The notes under the pieces are model-generated. The model saw nothing but the letters and a program-made list of their open reading frames with translations. It made no database searches and was not told the origin of the DNA. From Acidobacteriota bacterium (GTDB lineage: Bacteria; Acidobacteriota; UBA6911), in assembly GCA_963664705.1 (NCBI GenBank), contig OY761556.1:768001-832000 (forward strand): a stretch of DNA of 64,000 nucleotides, written 5' to 3'. The position numbers and the translations under genes are program-made. Shown piece by piece: positions 30,649 through 46,486 of the stretch (positions within the stretch are counted from its first letter, which is position 1; every line of letters begins with the position of its first letter).

Positions 30649-32079
30649 ATGGCACCTTGGGATAAGTTGAAAGAGGAATGCGGCATTTTCGGCATAGTTT
30701 CTCATCCGGAAGCCGCGCGCATCGCATATCTGGGATTGTATGCTCTCCAGCACCGCGGGCAGGAGTCTGCGGGCATCGTAACCTCCGACCGCAAAAAGTT
30801 GTTTATTGAGAAGGGGATGGGATATGTGGCCGACCTTTTCAGTGAGTCGCGGTTGGAACGGCTTCACGGGGATTCTGCCTTGGGCCATGTCCGATACTCG
30901 ACGGCCGGGGAGAGTGCTGCGTGGAATGCCCAGCCAATCCTAGTGGACTGCTGGCGCGGCCCTGTGGCTCTTGCCCATAACGGCAATTTGACGAACGCGG
31001 GATATTTGCGCCATGAACTGGAACGCGACGGCGCGATTTTTCACTCCACAAGCGACAGTGAAGTTGTGCTGCATCTCATATCCCGATCCAGACGTCGCAC
31101 GCTGCAGGAAGCGTTTGTGGAGGCATTGAGAACCGTCCAGGGTGCATTTTCTCTTTTGTTGATGACTCCCGAGTATTTGCTGGCGGCAAGGGATCCGCAC
31201 GGATTCCGGCCGCTTTGCCTTGGACGCGTCGAAGGGGCCTATGTGGTCGCGTCGGAGACCTGTGCCTTCGACCTTATCAATGCGGAGTATATAAGAGATA
31301 TCGAGCCGGGCGAGGTTGTTCGCATTGAGGAGAACAGCCTGGAATCTCAACTTCCTCTGGCAAGGGAAAAGCCGGCTCACTGCGTATTCGAGCACATTTA
31401 TTTCAGCCGCCCGGACAGCCTGGTTTTCGGGCGTACCGTGAATACGAGCCGCAGGGAAATGGGCAAATACCTGGCTCGGGAACACGCGGTGGAGGCGGAT
31501 GTTGTGGTCCCCGTGCCGGACTCAGGAGTTTCTGCTGCTATCGGGTATTCCCAGGAGAGCGGACTGCCTCTTGAATTCGGCCTGATTCGGAACCATTACG
31601 TTGGCCGTACCTTCATCGAACCCAAACAGTCGATCCGCAATTTCGGCGTGAAAGTCAAATTGAATCCGGTGCGGGAGATCTTGCGGGGTAAACGCGTGGT
31701 GTTGCTGGATGATTCCATTGTGCGCGGAACGACGAGCAAAAAGATCGTCAATATCGTTCGCGCGGCCGGCGCAAAGGAAATCCACATGCGTATTACGTCC
31801 CCGCCTATCATCGCGCCATGCTTTTACGGGATTGACATTCCGACGCGGCATGAATTGATTGCTTCCTCAAAATCGGTGGAGGACATCAGAAAGTTTATTG
31901 GCGCGGATTCGTTAGGCTATCTCAGTCTTGAAGCGGTGATGCGGGCGGTTGAGGATAACAAGCGGTATTGCTCGGCCTGCTTTACCAACAACTATCCGAC
32001 CGATGTCGCGGGCGACCCTGCCGTCTTCGAAAAACAGAAAAGCCTTTTCGGCAAAAACGACGATACGAAACCGGAATAG
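30649..32079 (+). CDS. purF: Amidophosphoribosyltransferase
   Basis: Propeptide then [22 protein letters not shown], Fe-S Cys (CSAC). Confidence 0.97.
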   Translation: MAPWDKLKEECGIFGIVSHPEAARIAYLGLYALQHRGQESAGIVTSDRKKLFIEKGMGYVADLFSESRLERLHGDSALGHVRYSTAGESAAWNAQPILVDCWRGPVALAHNGNLTNAGYLRHELERDGAIFHSTSDSEVVLHLISRSRRRTLQEAFVEALRTVQGAFSLLLMTPEYLLAARDPHGFRPLCLGRVEGAYVVASETCAFDLINAEYIRDIEPGEVVRIEENSLESQLPLAREKPAHCVFEHIYFSRPDSLVFGRTVNTSRREMGKYLAREHAVEADVVVPVPDSGVSAAIGYSQESGLPLEFGLIRNHYVGRTFIEPKQSIRNFGVKVKLNPVREILRGKRVVLLDDSIVRGTTSKKIVNIVRAAGAKEIHMRITSPPIIAPCFYGIDIPTRHELIASSKSVEDIRKFIGADSLGYLSLEAVMRAVEDNKRYCSACFTNNYPTDVAGDPAVFEKQKSLFGKNDDTKPE

Positions 32080-32115
32080 AAGGCGGGTTTGATCGGCCAT
32101 TGGTGCGGGAACACA

Positions 32116-32694
32116 ATGAAAAACAGAAAAATTGCGATACTACTGTCCGGGAGAGGTTCAAATTTCGTTGCCATTCATGAGGCGATCCAGCGGGGAGATC
32201 TGAATGCCGAGATATGCTGTGTGATTAGTAATGTCCAGGGGGCTGCAGGGCTGGCGCGGGCAAGGGAATTTGGCTTAAGGGCATCCTGTCTCCCTTCTCA
32301 CGGCATCGATAGAGCGGAGTATGATCGGATGCTGGTGAATGCACTCCGTCCGTTCGATCCTGCGATTGTCTGCCTGGCCGGATTTATGCGCATCCTGAGT
32401 CCCGAATTTCTCAGGGAATATCGGGGACGGGTCGTGAATATTCATCCGGCGCTGCTGCCCTCCTTTCCGGGATTGCATGCGCAGAAGCAGGCGCTGGAAT
32501 ATGGCGTGAAGATTTCCGGCTGTACGGTGCATATTGCGGATGAAGGCGTGGATACCGGCCCCATTCTTCTGCAAAGCGCTGTAGATGTGCTGGCGGGGGA
32601 TACGGAGGACAGCCTGTCTGCGCGCATATTGGAGCAGGAGCACCGGATTTACTGGCGCGCGATTGATCTTCTTCTGGCGCGTCTGAATGACTGA
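32116..32694 (+). CDS. purN: Phosphoribosylglycinamide formyltransferase
   Basis: SGRGSN, LAGFMRIL, NIHPALLP, VDTGPI. Confidence 0.97.
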   Translation: MKNRKIAILLSGRGSNFVAIHEAIQRGDLNAEICCVISNVQGAAGLARAREFGLRASCLPSHGIDRAEYDRMLVNALRPFDPAIVCLAGFMRILSPEFLREYRGRVVNIHPALLPSFPGLHAQKQALEYGVKISGCTVHIADEGVDTGPILLQSAVDVLAGDTEDSLSARILEQEHRIYWRAIDLLLARLND

Positions 32695-32783
32695 AAAGAC
32701 GGCCGTTGCCGGCCCAAAAGCCGCGCACGGGAGCGATGGGCTGGTCGATTTGAGGATAATTTTAAAATATTTCAATTTTTGTC

Positions 32784-33070
32784 TTTACAGATCGATGCGA
32801 CATGCGTAGAATCCCCCCTTCTCAGTCGTTGAGATTGAGGAAGTTGCAGCCTATTTGAAAAAAAGCTTTCGTTTCCTGGGCAGTTTTTGCTCACTCTCCG
32901 TGAACAAAATACCTGCTTGACAAGAGACGCGATCGGATCTAGTATTTGACCCGCCTCTCAGGAACGATTGAGGGGCTGGATATTTTCGATCGAATTGATT
33001 GAGAAGTCCTTCGGTCATAGTCGGGTTGATCTCAGCCAAAGTTGACAAGCTGATTTTTCAGTCCTAAGAT
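32784..33070 (+). promoter_or_regulatory. Three tandem sigma70 rRNA promoters
   Basis: TTTACA-17-TAGAAT (32784), TTGACA-17-TAGTAT (32917), TTGACA-17-TAAGAT (33042). Confidence 0.75.
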
Positions 33071-33180
33071 TAATGACTGCCTAGATCTTTGAAAACTAGA
33101 TAGTGCGTGTCCTAAAGACACCAATTCCAAAAGTAGTAACCAGTAGCCCGAACATATTAATGTTCGGGACTCTTCGATCT

Positions 33181-34724
<1,544 letters not shown>

Positions 34725-34829
34725 AGAGATGGGGTCCAAAGGCACGACTATCTAGTTTTCAAAGATCTAGGCTTTCTGGCCAACAAGCTTTGGACCCGTG
34801 GAAACGGGGAGATGGCTAATGACGAAGAT

Positions 34830-34906
34830 GGGCCTATAGCTCAGTTGGCTAGAGCGCACCCCTGATAAGGGTGAGGTCGGTAGTTCGACTCTACCTAGGC
34901 CCACCA
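34830..34906 (+). tRNA. tRNA-Ile(GAT)
   Basis: GGGCCTA...CTGATAA...TAGGCCC-ACCA, 77 nt. Confidence 0.97.
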
Positions 34907-34938
34907 CAACTGTTCGGTCGGAAAATATTTGACCAATC

Positions 34939-35014
34939 GGGGGTATAGCTCAGCTGGAAGAGCACCTGCTTTGCAAGCAGGGGGTCAGCGGTTCAAATCC
35001 GCTTACCTCCACCA
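34939..35014 (+). tRNA. tRNA-Ala(TGC)
   Basis: GGGGGTA...TTTGCAA...TACCTCC-ACCA with G3:U70. Confidence 0.97.
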
Positions 35015-35220
35015 GCCTCCGCAGGATGTGCCTGAAACCAAGAGCTTCGAAAAGAGCTTTTAGTTTCCGGCATAGCCGGAAGAAGTAATGATTCATCCGC
35101 CGTAGCTTTAGCGAAAGCGGAAGATCTTTGACAATCAGATAACGACGGGTAAAAAAGAATCAAGGAACAAGGGGCCATGATAGTGCTCTGAACTTGAGGT
35201 CTTGGAAGAGATTTTGAGTG

Positions 35221-38237
<3,017 letters not shown>

Positions 38238-38328
38238 TAAGATTTGCCCTGCTTGAAAATCTCAAGCCTGTCGTTATCTGACGATAGAACGGAAAAAAGG
38301 GAAGCAGCGAAGGCTGCAGACCAAAGTT

Positions 38329-38444
<116 letters not shown>

Positions 38445-38456
38445 TTAAATTATACA

Positions 38457-38527
38457 GCGCCAGTCATTCGTCGCCGGTAGTTCGCAAAGATGCGGACTAT
38501 GGACGACGGGTGACTGGCGTTTTTTTT
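38457..38527 (+). terminator. rRNA operon terminator
   Basis: GCGCCAGTCATTCGTCG...CGACGGGTGACTGGCGT followed by a T tract. Confidence 0.85.
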
Positions 38528-38677
38528 GCCTTTCCTATCCCTGTCCACACACATATCTCATCCTGTATCATTCCTTAGACTGTTGCATTGCCCGTAATGC
38601 CGCTGGTAAATAGCTATCAGCGGGTTTAACACAATTCATGGTCAAAAGAGATTAGCCAAGAAAAAAGGAGAGAAGAT

Positions 38678-39229
38678 ATGGGTGCGGCAAGAATAGCTCG
38701 GCTCGTTCCTGTCATTGCATGTTTTCTGTTCCTCCTCCCCGTTGCCAAGGCTCAAAGCAAAAAAGATCTGCCCTCGATCCAGGCACGTCTTGCAAAAGAA
38801 GTGCGCCACTCCCTCATTTTGCTGCCGAATTATGGCATTTTCGACAATCTCGAATTTTCCATCTCAGAAATCGACACCGTGACACTTTCCGGTCAGGTGA
38901 CCCGACCTTCTTTGAAAAGCGATGCTGAGCGCACAGTCCTTAACATCGAAGGGGTGGGAAAGGTTATTAACAAGATCGAAGTGTTGCCAATCTCGCCTGC
39001 GGATGAAAGGATACGCCTGGCCGCGTATCGTACGATTTTCTCAAAACCTGGATTGGATTTGTACGCTATGCGAGCTGTCCCGCCGATTCATATTATTGTC
39101 AATAACGGATCGATTACCCTGGTAGGTGTGGTGGCAAACGAAATGGAGCGGAATGTTGCCGGGATAGCAGCCCGGGAAGTTCCGGGAGCTTTTAGCGTCG
39201 TCAATAACCTCCGGGTAGAAAACAAATAA
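38678..39229 (+). CDS. Exported dual BON-domain protein
   Basis: Signal peptide; VTLSGQV, GVGKVINKIEV, ITLVGVV, VVNNLRV. Confidence 0.9.
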   Translation: MGAARIARLVPVIACFLFLLPVAKAQSKKDLPSIQARLAKEVRHSLILLPNYGIFDNLEFSISEIDTVTLSGQVTRPSLKSDAERTVLNIEGVGKVINKIEVLPISPADERIRLAAYRTIFSKPGLDLYAMRAVPPIHIIVNNGSITLVGVVANEMERNVAGIAAREVPGAFSVVNNLRVENK

Positions 39230-39408
39230 TCCGGCGGATCAGGGAAGTATCCTGATTTTTTGTTGATTATTTACGCTACTCCATTTTCTTTTCCCGGCGA
39301 TATCTTGCATTAGTTACGCAGCTCGATTACATTGTGCCACGGTTGCCGTGAAAACATGTGCCGCGGAAGTGGCTTTCCAGATAACAGGAATCCATAAGGG
39401 TACTTATT

Positions 39409-41823
39409 ATGACCGATACCATGACAGAGGAAGATGTTATTAAAGCACAGCCGGAAATTGAGCAAGCTCCACTGGTGCTCGCCTCTGAATTGCTTCCGAC
39501 ACGATTGCCGATTCTACCCATTCGACCGAGGCCGCTCTTTCCCGGGTTGCCTATCCCTCTGGAAGTAGGCCCTGATCAGATCCAGGGTATCCAGCATGCG
39601 CTTGAGTTTTCTTCAAAAACGATGGGAATTATCCTCGTTCGTGACCCGAACGGGCCCGAAACGCCCGACAATCTGTACAAGGTCGGGGTGGCCGCGAAAA
39701 TCCTCCGTGTATTCCAGGGCGAAAATGAAAGCACCAACATCCTGATCAATTGCGTGGAGCGATTCACAATTGAGGATATGTCCAAATCGGACATCGGGAT
39801 CATGGCCAATGTCAAATACCAGCTTCCGGCGGCGGTGCCTGTCACTGAAGAGCTCAAGGCCTATGCAATGGCTGTGGTGACGACCCTTAAGGATCTTGTG
39901 AAGTTGAACCCGCTGCAATCCGAAGCGATTAAAATGTTTCTCAGCCGGTCCACCTTCGATGATCCGGGCCGGCTTGCAGATTTTTCGGCCAACCTGACCA
40001 CCGCAAGCGGCGCCGAGCTCCAGGAAGTGCTGGAAACCTTCGATGTCCGCGCTCGAATTGATCGCGTCCTGGTGTTGCTGAAGCGTGAGGTCGAAATATC
40101 CAAGCTTCATGTTGAAATCAACAAGCAGATACAGGAGAAAATTTCCGGCCAGCAGCGCGAGTTTTTCCTGAGGGAGCAGCTGAAGGCGATCAAGAAAGAA
40201 CTCGGCCTCGAGAAAGAAGGGAAAACTGCCGAGATCGAAAAATTCCAGGAAAGGCTCAAGACCCTGACGCTCAATGAAGAGGCCAGGAAAGCTGTTGAAG
40301 ACGAAATGGATAAACTGCAGCTTCTGGAACCTCACTCGCCCGAGTACACGGTTTCCCGAAATTATCTTGATTGGCTCACAATTCTGCCGTGGGGCAAGTT
40401 CAGCCAGGATTCCTTTGATGTTGAGAAGGCGCGAGAGATTCTTGACCGGGACCATTACGGCCTGGCGGACGTCAAAGATCGAATTTTGGAGTTTATTGCG
40501 GTTGGAAAACTCAAAGGCGACATTTCCGGTTCCATCCTTTGCCTCGTCGGCCCTCCCGGAGTCGGGAAGACTTCGGTCGGAAAGAGCATTGCCGATGCGT
40601 TGGGGCGAAGTTTTTTCCGGTTTTCCCTCGGAGGCATGAGGGATGAGGCGGAGATAAAAGGGCATCGACGCACCTATATCGGCGCGCTGCCGGGAAAGTT
40701 TCTGCAGGCAATGAAGACGGTTGGGACTTCCAACCCATTGATCATGCTCGATGAAATCGACAAAGTCGGGGCATCTTTCCAGGGCGATCCTGCTTCAGCG
40801 CTCCTGGAAGTTTTGGACCCGGAGCAGAACAGCAGTTTCCGCGATCACTACCTCGATGTTCCGTTTGACCTGTCGCATGTTCTTTTTGTTGCGACCGGGA
40901 ATCAACTGGATACCATCCCGCGCCCCTTGCTGGACCGAATGGAAATTATCCGCCTTTCCGGATACATCTCTGAGGAAAAGCAGGAAATCGCACGCCGTTA
41001 TCTGATTCCCAAGGCCATCAGGAACCACGGGTTGAAGGAGGGCCAGATCTCCATTCGGCGCGATGCATTATCCACCATCATCGAGAACTATGCCCGTGAA
41101 TCAGGCGTGCGGAATCTCGAAAATCTGATCAAAAAGATTGCCCGCAAAGGTGTCATGGAAGTTGTTCGCGGCGAAAAAGACAAAATTGTCATTCAAAAGA
41201 AGGATGTGGAAACATATCTCGGAAAGCCTGTCTTCATGGCGGATGAGATGTTTGAGAATATTCCGGGCGTTGTCACCGGGCTGGCATGGACGAGCATGGG
41301 CGGCGCCACGCTTCAAATCGAGGCTACCGCTGTGCACAGCCGCAGCAAAGGATTCAAGCAGACCGGCCAACTTGGCGCGGTAATGGTGGAGAGTTCCGAT
41401 ATCGCCTATTCCTATGTGATGGCGCATCTTGAAAAATACGGGGCAAAATCGGACTTTTTCGATGAACGCTTTGTACACATTCATGTTCCCGCGGGCGCTA
41501 CGCCAAAAGACGGGCCCTCAGCCGGGGTAACGATGGCCACGGCGCTGCTATCCATGATACTGAACAAGCCGGTTCGAAAGCACCTGGCAATGACCGGGGA
41601 GCTTACCCTGACCGGGCAGGTTCTGCCGATCGGCGGTGTGAAGGAGAAGATCATTGCAGCCCGACGCGTTGGCTGCAAATTTTTGATTTTCCCGGAAGCG
41701 AACAAAAAGGATTTTGAAGAGCTTCCGGATTACCTGAAGAAAGGGTTGACGGTCAGCTTTGCCGCGCGCTACGAAGAGGTATTCGGGCATGCGTTTGGTG
41801 TGAAGCCGGCTGCAAAATCCTAG
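39409..41823 (+). CDS. lon: ATP-dependent Lon protease
   Basis: GPPGVGKTS, GHRRTYIGA, PKDGPSAG, PIGGVKEK. Confidence 0.97.
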   Translation: MTDTMTEEDVIKAQPEIEQAPLVLASELLPTRLPILPIRPRPLFPGLPIPLEVGPDQIQGIQHALEFSSKTMGIILVRDPNGPETPDNLYKVGVAAKILRVFQGENESTNILINCVERFTIEDMSKSDIGIMANVKYQLPAAVPVTEELKAYAMAVVTTLKDLVKLNPLQSEAIKMFLSRSTFDDPGRLADFSANLTTASGAELQEVLETFDVRARIDRVLVLLKREVEISKLHVEINKQIQEKISGQQREFFLREQLKAIKKELGLEKEGKTAEIEKFQERLKTLTLNEEARKAVEDEMDKLQLLEPHSPEYTVSRNYLDWLTILPWGKFSQDSFDVEKAREILDRDHYGLADVKDRILEFIAVGKLKGDISGSILCLVGPPGVGKTSVGKSIADALGRSFFRFSLGGMRDEAEIKGHRRTYIGALPGKFLQAMKTVGTSNPLIMLDEIDKVGASFQGDPASALLEVLDPEQNSSFRDHYLDVPFDLSHVLFVATGNQLDTIPRPLLDRMEIIRLSGYISEEKQEIARRYLIPKAIRNHGLKEGQISIRRDALSTIIENYARESGVRNLENLIKKIARKGVMEVVRGEKDKIVIQKKDVETYLGKPVFMADEMFENIPGVVTGLAWTSMGGATLQIEATAVHSRSKGFKQTGQLGAVMVESSDIAYSYVMAHLEKYGAKSDFFDERFVHIHVPAGATPKDGPSAGVTMATALLSMILNKPVRKHLAMTGELTLTGQVLPIGGVKEKIIAARRVGCKFLIFPEANKKDFEELPDYLKKGLTVSFAARYEEVFGHAFGVKPAAKS

Positions 41824-41849
41824 CCGCATTCGGGCTGAAAGGCCCATCG

Positions 41850-42428
41850 ATGACTACGATTGTGATTGGCGGGCACTCCCGCAAAGTGGGGAAGACATCC
41901 GTCACCGAAGGTTTGATCCGGGAATTGCACCAATACCCCTGGACTGCCGTGAAAATCTCATCTCACTGGCATGCAGACCCGGCTGTGACGGATGCTTTTC
42001 TTATCCACGAGGAATCTCCGGGAAGCGGAAATTCTTCAGATACGGCCAGGTACCTGAGGGCGGGCGCCTCGCGTGCTTTCTGGATGCAGGTGCGCCCGCA
42101 GCATTTCGCGAATGCGCTTCCCACCCTGCTTTCCATTATGCATTCCGGGCCGTACACAATCGTTGAGAGCAATGCAATTTTGCATCATATTTGCCCGGAG
42201 CTGTACGTGATGGTCCTTCGCTATGATGTGGACGAATTTAAGGCCAGTGCCCGCGATTCACTGGTCCGGGCGAATGCCATTATTGCGATTGATTCCGGAG
42301 AATCCATCCCTGCCTGGAAAGATGGAATAAGAGCTGCCATGGAGGGGATCCCTGTCTTTACAACACCCATACCAGGCAAACTGCCGGCCGGCTTCATCGA
42401 TTTCGTAAAAGCTCGTTTGGGAATCTAG
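41850..42428 (+). CDS. MobB-like P-loop protein
   Basis: IGGHSRKVGKTS, AVKIS, DTARYLRAGA, IVESN. Confidence 0.7.
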   Translation: MTTIVIGGHSRKVGKTSVTEGLIRELHQYPWTAVKISSHWHADPAVTDAFLIHEESPGSGNSSDTARYLRAGASRAFWMQVRPQHFANALPTLLSIMHSGPYTIVESNAILHHICPELYVMVLRYDVDEFKASARDSLVRANAIIAIDSGESIPAWKDGIRAAMEGIPVFTTPIPGKLPAGFIDFVKARLGI

Positions 42429-42474
42429 CCGCAAGGATAGCCGGTTTCTTGCCGGCAGGATCTCATCCGCAACC

Positions 42475-42885
42475 TCAGATACGCTGAGATCTGGCAGAAA
42501 CTCGGGATTTTACAAAGTCTACAATTTCCTGCAATGGACTGCCGGGCGGAAAGATGGCTGCAATCCCGATTTCCGTTAGCGCGGGGATGTCCCGTTCAGG
42601 GATAATGCCGCCCGCAAAAACCAGGACATCTTCCATCCCGTTCTCGTGCAGCAGGCTGATGATCTTTGGGAAAAGATGCATATGGGCTCCTGATAGAATG
42701 GAAAGCCCGATAGCGTCGACATCCTCCTGCAGAGCCGCCTGCACGATCTGCTCCGGAGTCTGCCGCAGCCCGGTGTAGATAACCTCCATTCCGGAGTCCC
42801 GGAGGGCGCGGGCGATCACCTTGGCTCCCCGGTCATGGCCATCCAGTCCCGGCTTTGCTACCAAAATTCGAATTATCTTCTCCAT
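42475..42885 (-). CDS. Acyl-CoA mutase small (B12-binding) subunit
   Basis: [25 protein letters not shown]. Confidence 0.93.
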   Translation of the reverse strand: MEKIIRILVAKPGLDGHDRGAKVIARALRDSGMEVIYTGLRQTPEQIVQAALQEDVDAIGLSILSGAHMHLFPKIISLLHENGMEDVLVFAGGIIPERDIPALTEIGIAAIFPPGSPLQEIVDFVKSRVSARSQRI

Positions 42886-42926
42886 TGGCTGAATCCTCGA
42901 ACAACTGCTTCTCAGGTGCTTCAGGA

Positions 42927-44525
42927 CTAGAAGATGGCCGGTTCCTGGTATTCCCCGAAAACGGATCTCAATGTGTCGCACATTTCGCCAAGAGTGGCAT
43001 AGGAGCGGACGCACTCGAGAATCACGGGCATCAGATTTTCCGTGCCCTGCGCTGCAGTCTTTAACCTCGACAGGTTTTCCCGGACATGCGTGTCATTCCT
43101 CGAAGCTCGCAGCCTTTTCAGCTTTGCGCACTGACGCTCTGTCACTTCTTCGTCAATAGCCAGAATCTCGACCGGGGCTTCTTCTTCTCCGGCGAATGCG
43201 GTAATCCCGACGATGTGCTTTTCCTTGCGTTCCAGGGCTTTGGCATACTGATAGGATGCTTCCTGGATTTCCCGTTGTGGGAAACCGCGTTCAATGGCTT
43301 CGATCATGCCCCCCATTTCATCTATTCTTGCGAAATAGTCGAGGCAGGCGGCTTCCATTTCATTGGTCAGGGTTTCTACGAAATAGGACCCCCCGAGCGG
43401 ATCGACTGTGCCGGCCGCTCCGCTTTCGTGCGCAATAATCTGCTGCGTTCGAAGCGCAAGTCGGACGGAATCCTGCGTCGGCAGTCCCAGTGTTTCATCC
43501 AGCGAATTGGTGTGAAGCGATTGTGTTCCTCCCAGAACGGCGGCCAGTGCCTGGATTGCAACGCGTACAACATTGTTGTAGGGCTGCTGGGCGGTTAAAG
43601 AAACTCCGGCAGTTTGAGAGTGGATTCTGCAGAGAAGCGACCTGGGGTCCTTGGCGCCAAACCGGTCCCGCATCACCCGGGCCCAGATTCGTCGGGCCGC
43701 GCGAAGCTTGGCAATTTCCTCGAAAAAGTCATTGTGGATGTCAAAGAAGAAACTGAGGCGCGGGGCGAAATCATCGACCGCGAGCCCCACATCCATGCAG
43801 TATTTTACATACTCCATGCCGTCGCGCAGCGTGAATGCAAGTTCCTGAATGGCCGTCGAACCGGCTTCCCGGATATGATATCCGCTGATGGAGATCGTGT
43901 TCCAGCGCGGAACGTGGCGAGTTGCGTACGCGATGATGTCGGTCACAATCCGCATGGCGGGCCGCGGTGGGAAGATGTAGGTTTTTTGCGCGATATACTC
44001 TTTTAGAATATCGTTCTGGATCGTTCCGGAAATATCCTCCCAGCGAACTCCCTGTTTTTCGGCTGCTACCAGATACATTCCCCAGATCATCGATGCAGGA
44101 GCATTCGTTGTCATGGATGTGGTTACGGTATCAAGCCGAATGCCTTCAAAGAGGGTTTCCATGTCCGCGAGCGAATCAATCGCAACGCCGCAGCGGCCGA
44201 CCTCTCCGGCGGAAAGAGGGTGATCCGAATCATACCCGTAAAGAGTGGGGTAATCGAAAGCCACGGAAAGTCCCGTTTGTCCCTGTTTCAGGAGGTATTT
44301 GAATCTTTGATTGGTATCCTCCGCGGTCCCAAAGCCGGCAAATTGACGCATTGTCCAGAGCCGGCCCCTGTACATGTCCCGATGCACTCCGCGAGTATAG
44401 GGGAACTCCCCTGGCAGCCCGAGGTCGTTCTCAGGGGCAAACCCCTCGAGATCTTCGTGCGCATATACCTCTTTAACGGGATGTCCGGAAATTGTGGTGA
44501 CCTGTTTTTCGATGGTCTCTTTCAT
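42927..44525 (-). CDS. Acyl-CoA mutase large subunit (isobutyryl-CoA mutase-type residues)
   Basis: [47 protein letters not shown]. Confidence 0.92.
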   Translation of the reverse strand: MKETIEKQVTTISGHPVKEVYAHEDLEGFAPENDLGLPGEFPYTRGVHRDMYRGRLWTMRQFAGFGTAEDTNQRFKYLLKQGQTGLSVAFDYPTLYGYDSDHPLSAGEVGRCGVAIDSLADMETLFEGIRLDTVTTSMTTNAPASMIWGMYLVAAEKQGVRWEDISGTIQNDILKEYIAQKTYIFPPRPAMRIVTDIIAYATRHVPRWNTISISGYHIREAGSTAIQELAFTLRDGMEYVKYCMDVGLAVDDFAPRLSFFFDIHNDFFEEIAKLRAARRIWARVMRDRFGAKDPRSLLCRIHSQTAGVSLTAQQPYNNVVRVAIQALAAVLGGTQSLHTNSLDETLGLPTQDSVRLALRTQQIIAHESGAAGTVDPLGGSYFVETLTNEMEAACLDYFARIDEMGGMIEAIERGFPQREIQEASYQYAKALERKEKHIVGITAFAGEEEAPVEILAIDEEVTERQCAKLKRLRASRNDTHVRENLSRLKTAAQGTENLMPVILECVRSYATLGEMCDTLRSVFGEYQEPAIF

Positions 44526-44564
44526 GAATTCATCTGGATTTGGTTGCGTGCGCCTGCCGATGAA

Positions 44565-45044
44565 CTAGTTTTTGTCTTCGAGTTCTTTTGCTCTCCGGAA
44601 GCAGTCGATCGCTTTATCGTTCTGGTTCATGTTTTTATACAGATAGCCCTTTTCTTTCCAGATTGCGATCTGACTCGGAGAGGACCGAAAGCACTTTGAA
44701 CTCCGGTCAATGACCTGAAGGCCAAGGGATGCTTGTCCCTGCCGCAGAAACTGGTCGCTCAAAAAGAGCAGCTCTTTGAGCAGGAGAGGTTCCTGATCGT
44801 CCGGCCACCGCATTTCAAATATCTTGTTTGCCTCAGCGACCGCCTTTTGAAATTCTTTTTGTTTTATCAGCAGCATTACGATTTCATGCTGGGTTTCGGC
44901 CATGCTCTTGGTTTTGCCCAAGGCTGCCGGCGGATCCGATTGTTGCCCGCAAAGAGGCGCGATTGGCAAAATCCCTGCAAGTAATATTGTAAGAACGCCG
45001 GCTGTGATCCTTCGCCTGATTTTTGATATTGCAGCCGAATTCAT
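44565..45044 (-). CDS. Exported TPR-like protein
   Basis: Signal-like N-terminus and C-terminal TPR (KGYLYKNMNQNDKAIDCFRRA); coupled to the upstream gene by ATGA. Confidence 0.75.
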   Translation of the reverse strand: MNSAAISKIRRRITAGVLTILLAGILPIAPLCGQQSDPPAALGKTKSMAETQHEIVMLLIKQKEFQKAVAEANKIFEMRWPDDQEPLLLKELLFLSDQFLRQGQASLGLQVIDRSSKCFRSSPSQIAIWKEKGYLYKNMNQNDKAIDCFRRAKELEDKN

Positions 45045-45529
45045 CGATCCTCCGATCGAAAAGGGTTTTCCGCGGCAGTTGCATGGATTTCTATGAAAGG
45101 ATTATAGGCGTATGGATTGTCGTTTTGGGACTGCATCTGGCGTGCTTCCCGTTCCCGGATGTATTGGGAGATATACCTGTCCAGGCTTTGTTGCTGGATA
45201 TGGGTATATTGCACATATCCCATGGCAAGCGCAGCAAGCAATCCAGCGGTGGCCATTACCGGACGCCAGCGACGAACCAGCCAGACGCGAGGTGCGGTTT
45301 CCGGTGCGTCCTGGTAGATGCGGGCTCGCACCATATTCCACGATTCGGGGCGTGGATCCAATGTGCGGCTATGAGATTCAACGAAATCGCCGACTTCCTG
45401 CAGACTGCGCAATTCCTCTGAGCAGGGAACGCAGGTTCGAAGATGGGATCGGACTCGTTCCGTGTCGGCGGCATTCAACTCGCCGTCCAAATACGCAGTC
45501 AACTCTTCTCCGCATTGTATACAATCCAT
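45041..45529 (-). CDS. Zinc-finger (zf-HC2) anti-sigma factor
   Basis: YLDGEL, HLRTCVPC, one TM helix. Confidence 0.9.
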   Translation of the reverse strand: MDCIQCGEELTAYLDGELNAADTERVRSHLRTCVPCSEELRSLQEVGDFVESHSRTLDPRPESWNMVRARIYQDAPETAPRVWLVRRWRPVMATAGLLAALAMGYVQYTHIQQQSLDRYISQYIREREARQMQSQNDNPYAYNPFIEIHATAAENPFRSEDR

Positions 45530-45532
45530 GGA

Positions 45533-46138
45533 TTATGCCTTCAGATATTCTTTAACACGTTTCCGGACTTCCAGTCGAGCACGATGAATGTCTGTCTTGA
45601 TGCTCGGAAGACTTCTGCCGACCGCCTCCGCAATCTGCTGATAGCTGAGATGCTGAAGGGCGGAGAGGATGAACACTTCCCGGTATTTTTCAGGAAGCCC
45701 GGCGATAACATCTGCCACAACATCTTCGAGCTCTATGTTCTGAAAAGCCTCGTCAGGGTTCTTCCGCGTATCCACCAGCTCGGTCACCGTCTGGCCATTT
45801 TCGTCCAGAGCGTCAATCGAAACACTCGCGGGAGCGCGCGTACGATATCTCTGGTACACAAAATTTCTTGCAATCCGGAAAAGCCACGGTTCGAACCTGC
45901 TGTCGTCCTTCAGCGTCGCGATTTTCTGGTAAACAGCTACGAAGGTTTCCTGTGCAAGATCTTCTGCCTCTTCCGGAGAATTGACCATCCGGTAAATGAA
46001 GTTCAGGACCTTGCGCGCAAAGAAACCATATATTTCCTGATAGGACTGAATATCTCCCTTTTTAGCTTTCCTGATCCACTGGACCAGCGTTGCGGGATCG
46101 ATATTCGTGCTCACCGGGTTCAAGTTTTTTTTCGTCAA
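45533..46138 (-). CDS. ECF sigma-70 factor
   Basis: AEDLAQETF, WLFRIARN, LSYQQIAE, IHRAR. Confidence 0.93.
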   Translation of the reverse strand: MTKKNLNPVSTNIDPATLVQWIRKAKKGDIQSYQEIYGFFARKVLNFIYRMVNSPEEAEDLAQETFVAVYQKIATLKDDSRFEPWLFRIARNFVYQRYRTRAPASVSIDALDENGQTVTELVDTRKNPDEAFQNIELEDVVADVIAGLPEKYREVFILSALQHLSYQQIAEAVGRSLPSIKTDIHRARLEVRKRVKEYLKA

Positions 46139-46416
46139 ACTGAACTCACAATTGTTGATACATAGGGATACGGAAAGTTTCGCTTCGGACCCATTTTTTT
46201 TGAACCATTATAAACCGGCCAGTGTCATTGGCATACCAAATCAGCGCAGTTTACTGCCTTTCGAATTTGCATGTTTCCGGAGCGATCCGGCAGCAATTGC
46301 CCCTTCTTTCTTAAGTGTAGCAGAGAGGATGGGCCCATTCCTGACGAGAATTCGTGCCCATGCAAGGAAGGCGTCTATTTCAGAAAGGTCATCCACATCG
46401 GAGTTTGCCATATTTT

Positions 46417-46443
46417 GGAACGCACTTACGGCCGGTCCGTATT
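46417..46443 (+). promoter_or_regulatory. Putative ECF-sigma promoter for the PDZ gene
   Basis: GGAAC-N16-CGTATT. Confidence 0.5.
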
Positions 46444-46486
46444 GAGTGAGGAACAGTTTTGTAGGTTGTTACACCGGAGGATACAC

